Part shown: one piece after another, positions 46,583-55,501 of the stretch
Position numbering within the stretch: the stretch's first letter is position 1
How the letters are laid out: each line of letters opens with the position of its first letter
Source: a virus
Lineage: Duplodnaviria; Caudoviricetes
IMG/VR virus record: IMGVR_UViG_3300043811_000176
Span: 756 to 64,755 of that record
DNA: 64,000 bases
Direction: 5' to 3' (one strand)
The notes under the pieces: model-generated
Told to the model about the DNA's origin: nothing
The model's input: the letters and a program-made list of their open reading frames with translations, nothing else
Databases searched by the model: none
Program-made: the position numbers and the translations under genes

Positions 46583-46764
46583 GGAGTGGCTTCCCAAATC
46601 GCGACAAAGATGAGCGTGCAAACAAGCGCCGTAGCAAGAATAGCAATGATGATGCCTGGGGCGTGCGAAGGTTCCTCAATCTTGTGGCTTATTTCAGCAA
46701 TAACTTCCGGTGATATTCCTCGGAACCGCAATTCATCTTCGATAGTTTTTTTCGTCTTTGCCAT
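46579..46764 (-). CDS. small protein with C-terminal TM
   Basis: GAGGAG SD. Confidence 0.6.
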   Translation of the reverse strand: MAKTKKTIEDELRFRGISPEVIAEISHKIEEPSHAPGIIIAILATALVCTLIFVAIWEATP

Positions 46765-46974
46765 CCAATTCTCCTCATAGCCGTTGGCCTCCCCGATCGC
46801 GCGAAGCCTTCCCGAGCGTCCGCCGGCAAAGTTACCACCACCACACGCCGCACCGCCACCCATTTTGCATAACTCCTGTTTTGGCTACACCACTACAGCT
46901 CCACAAACCGCGTCGTCTGCGGCTTGGCCAAATACAATTTTTCCCTGGCCCGCGACATTAACGCCTCCTAAAGG

Positions 46975-47160
46975 TGCCGTCTCTCCGGCTGTCACGACTA
47001 CGGCGCGCTGCAGACCTTCCTCTCAGTCGAACCGCCTTCGCGTCTGTTACCCTGCCAACCTAGTTGGTCGTCGTTCACCGCGGCCATATCGTGGGCAGTT
47101 CACGTCCCGTCGCTAGCGGTTCCTCACGACGGGCTTGCCGGATTCGAAACCCCGCGGCAG
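46975..47160 (-). ncRNA. candidate multi-stem structured RNA
   Basis: Five consecutive hairpins in a non-coding gap (see findings). Confidence 0.45.
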
Positions 47161-47162
47161 TA

Positions 47163-47489
47163 TCACTTTAATTTCTCTCTCTTCAAGGCGTCGGCCATGA
47201 TGTCGCGTACTATCGGGAAAAGTATATCGTCAGTATCCTCAATCGTCTCGTCCGAAAACGCAAGAAACGGAATCTTCATGATCTTGCGATCCGGCAGCGG
47301 CTCCATCATCGCGTTGACCCGGCACAGCACGATCCGACGCCGATTTCGCGCGTGCTCACCCAAAGTCCAGAACTCGCCCTCGCATTCGTTGTTATAGGCG
47401 TTACGAATATGAAAGAACCTGTCGGGATGGTGCTTGAAGTAGACGCCGTCCGCGCGTTCCCACAGCTTCGCAAGGGCTCTGTCGTTCAC
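47163..47489 (-). CDS. hypothetical protein
   Basis: GTGA coupling. Confidence 0.65.
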   Translation of the reverse strand: MNDRALAKLWERADGVYFKHHPDRFFHIRNAYNNECEGEFWTLGEHARNRRRIVLCRVNAMMEPLPDRKIMKIPFLAFSDETIEDTDDILFPIVRDIMADALKREKLK

Positions 47490-48517
47490 GGCGGAATATC
47501 CTCCCACGCACCATGCACCTTCATCTCGGTCGAAAAGAGGATGTGCATGTTCTCCGGGCCGCTCAAACAGTGCCCGCGATCGATGAACGACGGTCGGCTG
47601 CCGTCATCGTGCAGCATGAATGCCGAGTAGCCCTTGCTCGCCATGTAATCGCGCAATTCCAACTGAGACGATCCGAATTCACGAAGGGTGCGATCATTAC
47701 ACTCACAGGTGATGAAGTCGATTCCCTTGATCAGAATATCCTGCGCGCCGACTAGAGCGTGTTCCTCGGCGCCCTCGATATCGAGCTTCAGCAAGCGACA
47801 AGGATTCTCGTACATCGAACACCAGCGATCCAGCGTGAGCCCGTTGCAAGGAATCTTGCTGATCTCGCCTTCGACCGGCATGAGGCTGCATAATCCGGTA
47901 TCCGGATGTACGTGCAGGACAACTTCCGAATTCTCGCTCCACAGGGGACGATTTACCGCGTTCACGTTCTCCATGCGGTTAAGGGCGATGTTGGCGCGAA
48001 GCTTGTTGAAGTTGGTCCACTGGGGCTCGAACGCCTCGACATGACCGCGCTCGCCGACGAGACGCGCCATCAGAAGAGTAAAGAACCCGATATTAGCGCC
48101 GCCATCGATCGCGAAATCGCCTTGCCTCAGCACGCGACGCATGAGATGCACGACCTCGGGCTCGCAGGCGCCGTTGTGGCGAAGAAACGCCGCAGTGTTG
48201 GCATCCGAATGGAACTCGGGATCCCACGTCATGTCGAACGTGACGCGCTTCCCGTTAATCGTCATGTCGACGTGCATCGGGGGGTGCACAATCGAGCGTT
48301 TGGCAGCAAGCGCGTTCGCGAATGCTTGATCGCGCTCCTGCGTCTCGCGCTTGTAAGCCTCGCGACCTTCGATCGTGATGCAGTAATTGTGCTCGCTGTG
48401 CTTGTACATCAGGCCGCGCGCAGTCAAGGATTCGACAGGCGCTTGCCAGCGGCCGATCGGCGCCATCGCCATGCCTTCAGAAGCGATCATCAAGACAGCG
48501 AGTTCGTCGTCGGTCAT
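47486..48517 (-). CDS. FkbM-family methyltransferase with N-terminal extension
   Basis: 'IDGGANIGFFT', 'AFEP', 'LLKLDIEGAE'. Confidence 0.9.
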   Translation of the reverse strand: MTDDELAVLMIASEGMAMAPIGRWQAPVESLTARGLMYKHSEHNYCITIEGREAYKRETQERDQAFANALAAKRSIVHPPMHVDMTINGKRVTFDMTWDPEFHSDANTAAFLRHNGACEPEVVHLMRRVLRQGDFAIDGGANIGFFTLLMARLVGERGHVEAFEPQWTNFNKLRANIALNRMENVNAVNRPLWSENSEVVLHVHPDTGLCSLMPVEGEISKIPCNGLTLDRWCSMYENPCRLLKLDIEGAEEHALVGAQDILIKGIDFITCECNDRTLREFGSSQLELRDYMASKGYSAFMLHDDGSRPSFIDRGHCLSGPENMHILFSTEMKVHGAWEDIPP

Positions 48518-48699
48518 GTGTTTTCTCGCACGCTGAGAACTTCCCAATCGGGGGTATCGAGAATCTGTCCTTCCTCCCCCTCCAAATTAATAGCCTTCAA
48601 TTTAGCCTCATCCACAGTACGCGCTTCGACATAAAATTCCTTAATATGAGTGACCCTCATCCTGACAATATAATTATTGTCCTTATTTTTCGACTTCAT
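48514..48699 (-). CDS. small hypothetical protein
   Basis: 'FYVEARTVDEAKLKA'; AT-rich. Confidence 0.55.
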   Translation of the reverse strand: MKSKNKDNNYIVRMRVTHIKEFYVEARTVDEAKLKAINLEGEEGQILDTPDWEVLSVRENT

Positions 48700-48700
48700 A

Positions 48701-50080
48701 TCACTTCCCCTTCAAACGCTCCCGCAAAGCAAGCGCAATCTCATCGAACACCGGCCCCCAGCGCATGTCCTCCCCTTGCTTGAACACGCGATGCTTCGAC
48801 CAGACCTGGTCCTTGCCGTCGATCCCGAGCCGGTAATCCAGCCCGAGGCGCGAGTACGGAATCCAGCACTCAGTCCCCGCCAGAGCGGCAATGTGCGCCA
48901 GAGCGGACTCGCAGGATATCACGAGATCAAGCTTCTTGAGAATCGATATCGTGTCGACGACGTCGCGAACGTAAGGAGAGAGGTCGCGGACGAAGGGCGT
49001 CCCATGGACATCATAGAGCTGTTGCCCATGCTGGCCCACCTGAAGCCCGTACAGCTGGATACCCGGCACCTGCACGAGTTCGAAGAACTGTTCGACGGGG
49101 ATGCTGCGATGCACATTGATGTCGTTGAGCGGAGAGCCGGCCCACGCGATCCCGATATGAAGCTTGCGGTCCGGCACCTTCCAATTCATCGGAAGAGGGA
49201 CAACGGGGTAGCTTATGTGCGGTGCTTGTCGGATTTCTTGCGTCGTGAGACCGAGCGCAGTCGGGAGGCTGACGAAGGTCGTCCACGCGTCCGCTTCGGG
49301 GAAGGGAGCGGGCTTGGGGATGATGTTAAAGTTGGGAATTCCAACGAAAGCGTGCATGAACAAACGGACAAGCTCGGGTTGAACCATAAGATGTAAGTAG
49401 CGTGCCTTTTTTGCAGCTGCCGGGATAAAGCGCGCAAAGCTGATGGTGTCGCCGAGACCCTGATCAGCATCGACGTAGACTGTTTTGTCACTCTCGCCCT
49501 CCCATTGCGGATAAGGAAACGCCAAGTAAGACCGAAGCTTGTAGCGGAATCTGACCTCGAACCGCTTGAGCCCTTCGGACAGCCTGCGCGACTGCAGGAG
49601 CGCGAACGCATAGGCAAGCTCCACAATCGAGTCATTGGGCATCAAGTCCCACGCGCGCTCGGCGGCCGGCAACGCCAAGTCCATGCGATTTAACTGCATA
49701 TGGATATGCGACAGATTCACCCATCCGTACTGCAAGTTTGGATCGATCGCCAGCCCTTCCTCGGTGATCTTGAGCGCTTCGTGCAAGCGCCCGAGCCCCC
49801 AAAGACGGTAGCCGATGTTCACCATGCACTTGGCCTTGATGCCGATATCCAGATTGTCGCATTCCAGGGCGCGATACCAACAGGCGAGCGCTGCAGGGAT
49901 CACGCCGAGATCGGAGTGGTTGCAGCCGGCCTGATAGAACGCCTGTCCCCACGTCGGGTCGGTTTGGCAAGCGGAAGCAAACAAATGGAGCGCATGCTCC
50001 AAGTGCTTCGGATTGTCCTTGTCAGCAACGGACGCCTCCGCTTGATTGTAGAAAACGAGCGCTTGCTGGCGGTCGCCCAT
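48701..50080 (-). CDS. TPR-containing glycosyltransferase (GT9-like C-terminal domain)
   Basis: TPRs, 'DQGLGDTISFARF', 'IGIAWAG', 'LDLVISCESALAHIA'. Confidence 0.85.
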   Translation of the reverse strand: MGDRQQALVFYNQAEASVADKDNPKHLEHALHLFASACQTDPTWGQAFYQAGCNHSDLGVIPAALACWYRALECDNLDIGIKAKCMVNIGYRLWGLGRLHEALKITEEGLAIDPNLQYGWVNLSHIHMQLNRMDLALPAAERAWDLMPNDSIVELAYAFALLQSRRLSEGLKRFEVRFRYKLRSYLAFPYPQWEGESDKTVYVDADQGLGDTISFARFIPAAAKKARYLHLMVQPELVRLFMHAFVGIPNFNIIPKPAPFPEADAWTTFVSLPTALGLTTQEIRQAPHISYPVVPLPMNWKVPDRKLHIGIAWAGSPLNDINVHRSIPVEQFFELVQVPGIQLYGLQVGQHGQQLYDVHGTPFVRDLSPYVRDVVDTISILKKLDLVISCESALAHIAALAGTECWIPYSRLGLDYRLGIDGKDQVWSKHRVFKQGEDMRWGPVFDEIALALRERLKGK

Positions 50081-50304
50081 CAATACTCTCCCCACACTTC
50101 AATTTCTCCGACTTGTTCGATCTTATCCGCGACCTCCGCAAAAAACGGATCTCGCGCAGCGACAGCCATTGCGCGCAAAACAACGATATGCCGCTCCGAG
50201 ATATTACTGCCGCACGCCTCTAACAACGCATTCAAGGAATCTGATCGTCCCGATTCGAAATGTTTGGTCCCTTTAGTAGGTCGCCAGCAAATCGTAACGC
50301 TCAT
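50080..50304 (-). CDS. hypothetical protein
   Basis: Coupled to both neighbours. Confidence 0.6.
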   Translation of the reverse strand: MSVTICWRPTKGTKHFESGRSDSLNALLEACGSNISERHIVVLRAMAVAARDPFFAEVADKIEQVGEIEVWGEY

Positions 50305-51071
50305 GTCGCCGCCTCGAACACATTCTCCATCTCCCCGCGATCCGGGTTGCCGGGCACGTTCGCCCGCTTGGCCGCTTCGCCATGCAGCATGCGCCACACG
50401 GTCATGCGGTTGTACGGCTTGCCGTCGCGCCCCAGTATCCCCTCCCCCGCCAGCCGCGCCGCTATCCGTGCACAGGTGGGATTGTCTTCCGAAGCGTGAT
50501 AGCGCATTCGCCGAAGGTGCTCCACCTCGGCTTCGTCGCGCACGAGAATGGACTTTGGGCCTGTCCCGATTTTTCGGTAGCCGATCGGCGTCGGGCCGCC
50601 AATGTGCCCGCCGCGGGCCTTCTTGCCGAGCTTGCCGACCGTGATGCGCTCGTGGATGCGCTCGCGCTCGAACTGGGCGAAGGCAGCGAAGACGCTGAAG
50701 ATGACGGTGGCGACCGGGCTCTCGGCCACCGGCTCGATCCCGAGGTCGCACAGGATTAAACCGATCTTTTCCTTCTTGAAGCGCTCGATCGTCGCCAAGG
50801 CGTCGGCGCCGGAACGGAAGATGCGATCCATCTTGGCTGCGACGATGCAATCCCCCTTCTTGGCCGCGTCGAGAAGCTCCTTGCCGCCGGGACGCTTATG
50901 AAGAGGAATCGACCCAGAGACGCCTTTGTCGGTGAAGGCTTGGTAATCGTACTTGCCGGTAGAGGATCGAATCTGAGCGATAGCCTTGCACTTGTCGAGC
51001 TGCTCGCCGATGCTGGTCTTGTTGGGACCGGCTTGGTCGAGGGTCGAAGTTCGGGCGTAGGCGATGAGCAT
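50301..51071 (-). CDS. serine recombinase (resolvase/invertase catalytic domain plus C-terminal DNA-binding domain)
   Basis: 'IAYARTST', 'DKGVSG', 'KMDRIFRS', 'FAQFERERIHER', 'PIGY'. Confidence 0.92.
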   Translation of the reverse strand: MLIAYARTSTLDQAGPNKTSIGEQLDKCKAIAQIRSSTGKYDYQAFTDKGVSGSIPLHKRPGGKELLDAAKKGDCIVAAKMDRIFRSGADALATIERFKKEKIGLILCDLGIEPVAESPVATVIFSVFAAFAQFERERIHERITVGKLGKKARGGHIGGPTPIGYRKIGTGPKSILVRDEAEVEHLRRMRYHASEDNPTCARIAARLAGEGILGRDGKPYNRMTVWRMLHGEAAKRANVPGNPDRGEMENVFEAAT

Positions 51072-51082
51072 GAATCCCTCCA

Positions 51083-51101
51083 TGTAGTCACCGTCACTAC
51101 A
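51083..51101. promoter_or_regulatory. palindromic operator TGTAGT-N7-ACTACA upstream of recombinase
   Basis: Perfect arms; CTTGAC -35 on - strand at 51123-51118. Confidence 0.6.
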
Positions 51102-52070
51102 CTACTTCCCGCGCTTCGTCAAGCGCATCGCAACCCGGTCGATCCCTTCTTCGAGCGCGATCCGGGGCTTGTACAGCCGGTGCATCTTATAGATGTCGGC
51201 TACGCGCCAAAAGACGCCTTCGGGTTTGGACATATCGAAACTAAATATCGGAGCGGATTCAGTATTATAATGTTGCTTACAAGCTATCGCTGTCAATTCT
51301 GTAAACGAAGTCGGAATCCCGCTCCCGATATTGAGAGAATCGCCGGCTGGAAGCGTCTCCATCGTCTGCAGGACGCATTCGACGATATCGTCGATGTGGA
51401 TGAAGTCGCGAACCTGATCGCCGGAGCCCCAAATCTTTATAGGGTTCTCACCGGCCACAACGCGCCTGATGATCGAAGGGAAGGGATAATCGAGACTCTG
51501 ATCCTCGCCATATCCAGAGAACGGACGGTAAATCTTTACATCGGCACCGTAGTCGTGCACGGCCTTCTGCGCAAGGAACTCGCCGGATAACTTGGACCAC
51601 CCATAAGTCTGGTCGGGCATGCCGATCCGATTACCGTCAAGATTAACGTAGCATTCGGCAAGCGCAACATGCTTCTCGCGCGCCTGAAGTTCAATCGGAT
51701 AGACGGCAGAAGACGAGAAATACACGACGAGCGGCTTGCGCTTCGCCTTGACGATCCAAGAGAAAAAGTCGCTGTCGATCGCGAGATCGGTTGCGACCGC
51801 CAAGGGATCGCCATCGATCTTGAGGCGCCCGCCGACGACCGCGGCGCAGTGAATGATCAGGTCGTATTTATCGGGAATTCGCGCAACGAGCCAATCGCGC
51901 AAATTGCTTTTGGAGAACTCCCAATTTCGAGGAAGCGCGGCAGCGCTCCAATCGCCGCGAGTCGAGAGGTTATCGACGAGAGTCAGCACCCAACCGTCGT
52001 TGGACAGGCGCTGGGCGAAGTGTCTTCCGACAAAACCATGGCTGCCGAAAATCGCCGCTCGCTTCGTCAT
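51102..52070 (-). CDS. NAD-dependent nucleotide-sugar epimerase/dehydratase
   Basis: 'GSHGFVG', 'SSSAVY', 'YGWSK', 'RDFIHIDD'. Confidence 0.92.
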   Translation of the reverse strand: MTKRAAIFGSHGFVGRHFAQRLSNDGWVLTLVDNLSTRGDWSAAALPRNWEFSKSNLRDWLVARIPDKYDLIIHCAAVVGGRLKIDGDPLAVATDLAIDSDFFSWIVKAKRKPLVVYFSSSAVYPIELQAREKHVALAECYVNLDGNRIGMPDQTYGWSKLSGEFLAQKAVHDYGADVKIYRPFSGYGEDQSLDYPFPSIIRRVVAGENPIKIWGSGDQVRDFIHIDDIVECVLQTMETLPAGDSLNIGSGIPTSFTELTAIACKQHYNTESAPIFSFDMSKPEGVFWRVADIYKMHRLYKPRIALEEGIDRVAMRLTKRGK

Positions 52071-53299
52071 GCGACCGGCCAAAGTTTGGAATGATCGAAC
52101 TCGTAGGGGACCAAAGGCTGCGGTTCCTGACACGACAGGCCGTAAAGGCAAGCGGAACCAGCCAGCACCGTCAACTTTAGCGGACGCCAAGACACCTGTG
52201 TCGGGCACACCACCTGGGTAATCTGGTTCGACGCCTCAGGGAGAAGCGTGGGACGAACGGTGTAGTTGGACTTCGCATCGGATATCTCGATCTGACCGCC
52301 CTTCTCGCCGCCCATCGCCATGAAGCGACACGCGCCGGAAACGAAACACGAGAAAGAAGCGCCGGGGAATCCTCTCGCAGCAAAGCCGCCGAGGCCGGGA
52401 GACCATTTGAGATGCCAGTCGCCGATCCAATCGGAACCTCGAAGGCCGTCGAGCTGGTGCGCGAAGACGATCTCGACGCCGTCGTCGCCTCGGAAGCGCG
52501 TGCGCGGGCCGCCGATATCGAGCTTGCCTTTCCGAATCAAAGCCGTGCCGTCCACGTAAGTCTTAAACGCTACGTCGTTGCGCCGATCCTCGACGGGGGC
52601 ATCGGCGATCTTGAGACCCTGCTCGGAGAGCGAAGGCTTCTGACCGATCATCTCGACGGGAGATGGAACCAAAGCGAGAGAGGCGAGACCGCGCGACGCA
52701 AGCATCGCATCGTTCGACCAGTCGGGCGTGATCCAGTGCTCATTCGTCTTGAACGCCCAATACGTCCCGATGTCTATCCCGCAAAGGCGAGCGAAGACAC
52801 GGCGATTCTCGGTCGTCCAGGCGGTGCGGAAATTACGAAGGGTCAGCTCGGCGGCTTCTCTGGTCAGGATTTGCATGCCCCAGCCGATATTATGCATAAG
52901 AGCATACCCATCTCGTTGCACAAGAATACGATCGGTATATGCCCTCGCGGAAACCGCTCCCACAGAAAGACCGTCGGCTTCGCCGCGCTTGAACAGGGCC
53001 ATTGCCGGTCCGAACCAATCGGGATGTAGAAGGACGTCATTTTCGACGAGGCCAATGAATTCATAACCTTGCTCCAGTAAAGTTGTTAAGGCGTAAACTA
53101 CCGCGGGATCAGCGCCACCGCACACATTCAGTCTCACCTGTGAAAATTGGTAACGCTCGTGAAGCTTATGACCCTTTGGCGTATCGCTGCCATCGAACCA
53201 CCAAAGGTCAAAATCTTTTGAGCCAAGCAGCGGCTTAACCGAACATTCGGTCAGTTCACACCGATCTTTTGTCAAAAAAGCAATAGCTGTTTTTTTCAC
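52067..53299 (-). CDS. GT-A fold glycosyltransferase
   Basis: 'FLTKDR', 'FDGSD', 'LVENDVLL'. Confidence 0.65.
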   Translation of the reverse strand: MKKTAIAFLTKDRCELTECSVKPLLGSKDFDLWWFDGSDTPKGHKLHERYQFSQVRLNVCGGADPAVVYALTTLLEQGYEFIGLVENDVLLHPDWFGPAMALFKRGEADGLSVGAVSARAYTDRILVQRDGYALMHNIGWGMQILTREAAELTLRNFRTAWTTENRRVFARLCGIDIGTYWAFKTNEHWITPDWSNDAMLASRGLASLALVPSPVEMIGQKPSLSEQGLKIADAPVEDRRNDVAFKTYVDGTALIRKGKLDIGGPRTRFRGDDGVEIVFAHQLDGLRGSDWIGDWHLKWSPGLGGFAARGFPGASFSCFVSGACRFMAMGGEKGGQIEISDAKSNYTVRPTLLPEASNQITQVVCPTQVSWRPLKLTVLAGSACLYGLSCQEPQPLVPYEFDHSKLWPVA

Positions 53300-53826
53300 G
53301 CCGCGAACTCCCCATAAATCTCTCGCATAGCTTTTTCTCGGGCCGCATTTGCCTCTTCGGGGCTATCAAAAATACCGATGTATCTCGTCCCCTTACCACC
53401 GGCTTGCGCGACCCACTTATTCTTATTTTTGTGCTTGTGAACGCCGTAAAAACCGCTCGGCGGTAACGCACGTTCGCGATTAGCGCCATTCTGCGCTGGT
53501 GTCGCTGCACGCAGATTACTCCAACGATTGTTTCCTTTATCGCGATCCGAATGATCTATAATCCGCGGCGGTTCCTCACCAGTTATCATTTTCCAAATGA
53601 CACGATGCGCCGCACAGTACATATTGTCCAGATGCCCCGCTCGGTAACCCTTGGAGCTAACGCTGAAAGCCTCACACCCGGCAAACCGAGTGTTCCACAT
53701 CTGCGCTACTTCGCTGCTTGGAAAATGTTCCGCCGGCCGATATTTCCAATATAGCTTTCCTGTCTCTCGCTCGTACAAGAAGCATTCCATTAGATAGTGA
53801 AGTGATGGAAGCTTTCGCAACTTCAT
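53296..53826 (-). CDS. HNH-AP2 homing endonuclease
   Basis: 'YERETGKLYW', 'IDHSDRDKGNNRWSNLR', 'IGIFDSPEEA'. Confidence 0.92.
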   Translation of the reverse strand: MKLRKLPSLHYLMECFLYERETGKLYWKYRPAEHFPSSEVAQMWNTRFAGCEAFSVSSKGYRAGHLDNMYCAAHRVIWKMITGEEPPRIIDHSDRDKGNNRWSNLRAATPAQNGANRERALPPSGFYGVHKHKNKNKWVAQAGGKGTRYIGIFDSPEEANAAREKAMREIYGEFAA

Positions 53827-54833
53827 TTCATCACCTCGTCGCAGTCATCGCACCATGCGAGGCCCAACTCCTGCAACTTGCCGCGCTCGGGCATCCAGTC
53901 GGGGAGGTTGGTGAACATGACGCGCAGCATGCCAATGGCGGACTGGGACTTCGTAAACGTAAATCCGTCCAACCACGCAGCGAACTCCAAAATATGTTCA
54001 GAAGCCCATTGCTCATCAGCAAGGTCTTTCAACAAATTATGAGGATTCCGCTGCTGTAGAACGAACGGCTGCCCGAAATGGACGTGATAGCCGAACTCTC
54101 GCATAACCCGTTGCGCAACAAGTCCCGCGTATATGTCATCTCCGCGCTTATACGCGGGCACCATCAAGAAACAAGGGGCAAGTTCGCGGACGAAAGCAAT
54201 GTTCTGAGAGTTGAGAGGTGCATAGGTCTCCTTCGGATCAGCGACGATGCCGGCGCGCAGAAGCTCGCTGACCTGATGCACCTCGGGGCGCTGCGAGATG
54301 CGGTCGACCGCGGAAGTGTCGGGATCCCCGAGGATCGTGCCTTGGGCGACGCCGATCCGGGCGCCGGTCACCGCATAAAAACTCGCGAGACCTTCACCAA
54401 ACTCGTGCTGCGGAAAACCGCGCTGAACGACACGGGGGAAACAAAGCGACGCCGGATCGAACCAATCGCCTAGCGATTGGGCCTTAATCCCATAAAACGT
54501 ACCATCGAATGCCGAGGTAAAATCCTCGAAATAGCGAGTATTCAAAGGAATATTATCGTCATCGATCGAGACGATGAGTTCCGCGCCCCATTTGAGGGCT
54601 TCGAGAAGAGCAATGTTGCGGCGGGCGATCGTGTTCCAACCAATCAATTTGTCGCACGCATGCGACGTCTCTCCGATCCGCATGCAATTCGGAAGGTTCT
54701 CGCAAAAATCCCACGCTTCCTTCGGAGTCTTATCGTCCATCGCGACGAAGAACCGCACATCCGAATCATGCGCGCGATAAAGTGCGAGCACTCGCGGAAC
54801 GTTGATGGTCGTGGTGATTAATCCAACTTTCAT
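53823..54833 (-). CDS. STELLO/RGP(GT75)-like glycosyltransferase or sugar mutase
   Basis: 'ITTTIN', 'DDKTP', 'SIDDDN', 'RGFP', 'GDPD', 'NSQN', 'RGDDI'. Confidence 0.75.
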   Translation of the reverse strand: MKVGLITTTINVPRVLALYRAHDSDVRFFVAMDDKTPKEAWDFCENLPNCMRIGETSHACDKLIGWNTIARRNIALLEALKWGAELIVSIDDDNIPLNTRYFEDFTSAFDGTFYGIKAQSLGDWFDPASLCFPRVVQRGFPQHEFGEGLASFYAVTGARIGVAQGTILGDPDTSAVDRISQRPEVHQVSELLRAGIVADPKETYAPLNSQNIAFVRELAPCFLMVPAYKRGDDIYAGLVAQRVMREFGYHVHFGQPFVLQQRNPHNLLKDLADEQWASEHILEFAAWLDGFTFTKSQSAIGMLRVMFTNLPDWMPERGKLQELGLAWCDDCDEVMK

Positions 54834-55015
54834 TTTATATGCTCTTCCGGTAGAGGCGACGCAACTTCTTTCTTCTCCTTGATCTCCAACCACTGCTTGA
54901 GGATCATCTGGATCAGCCCAGTGAGCGAATAGCGCTCGCGATCGGCGAATTTGCGCAGACGCTTCTTGTCGTGCTCGGTCAGTCGGATCGATGTCGGGTA
55001 TTCGCGACGGGACAA
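54830..55015 (-). CDS. ribbon-helix-helix regulator
   Basis: 'PTSIRLTEHDKKRLRKFADRERYSLTGLIQMILKQWL'; TTG after GGGAG. Confidence 0.75.
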   Translation of the reverse strand: MSRREYPTSIRLTEHDKKRLRKFADRERYSLTGLIQMILKQWLEIKEKKEVASPLPEEHIK

Positions 55016-55025
55016 GGCGGCTCCC

Positions 55026-55080
55026 AAGAAAAAAGGCGGCCGGACTGCGGTGGGGGACACGGAGGTTGGCCCGGCCGCCT
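55026..55080 (-). terminator. intrinsic terminator/attenuator or sRNA 3' end
   Basis: GGCGGCCGG..CCGGCCGCC followed by TTTTTT. Confidence 0.6.
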
Positions 55081-55128
55081 TGGGACAGAACCCTCTCGGT
55101 CGAGGCCGAGCCGGAGGGCCGAGGGAAA

Positions 55129-55157
55129 TGTAGTGCCGGCGACTACAAGATGTCAAG
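55129..55157 (-). promoter_or_regulatory. promoter with TGTAGT-N7-ACTACA operator
   Basis: TTGACA-N17-CTACAT; palindrome at 55129-55147. Confidence 0.6.
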
Positions 55158-55501
55158 GGTTGATCTTATGAACTCGGCTGCGACTTGCGGGACGATCGCG
55201 TTGCCGTAGGCGCGCAACTTAGATGCTCTCTTGAGTACCCCATGAGCCAGCGGGAATGATCCGGGCTCAACTGGCCGCGCTTTTCCGTCGGTGCAGGGGA
55301 GCCAGTCGCAGGGGGACCAGAAGGACTCTCGTGACTCCCATGCGCGTCCGGGAATCCGCGCTTGTTCGCTCTCGGCGTGCTCCACGCCGCCTTCGCCGCA
55401 TCCGCGCTCAACGCGCCGTTCGCTTGGTTCGGGCCGCCCTTGCTGCCGTCCGTCGCGCGGGGGGTGTTCCAAGTTGCCAACGCCACCGTCTTGCGGGAGT
55501 T
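55143..55501 (-). pseudogene. 3' remnant of a phage C5-cytosine methyltransferase with its overlapping alternative frame
   Basis: 'DGKARPVEPGSFPLAHG..LRAYGNAIVPQVAAEFI'; overlapping 'WNTP..WSTP..HSRWLMGY'; no motif I/IV upstream. Confidence 0.75.

Noticed and set aside
47135-47160. tRNA suggested by GTTTCGAATCC
   Set aside because: No acceptor stem, D-arm or anticodon arm at tRNA spacing; kept only as part of an ncRNA candidate.
50301-51071. IS607-type element
   Set aside because: No N-terminal HTH and no adjacent tnpB.
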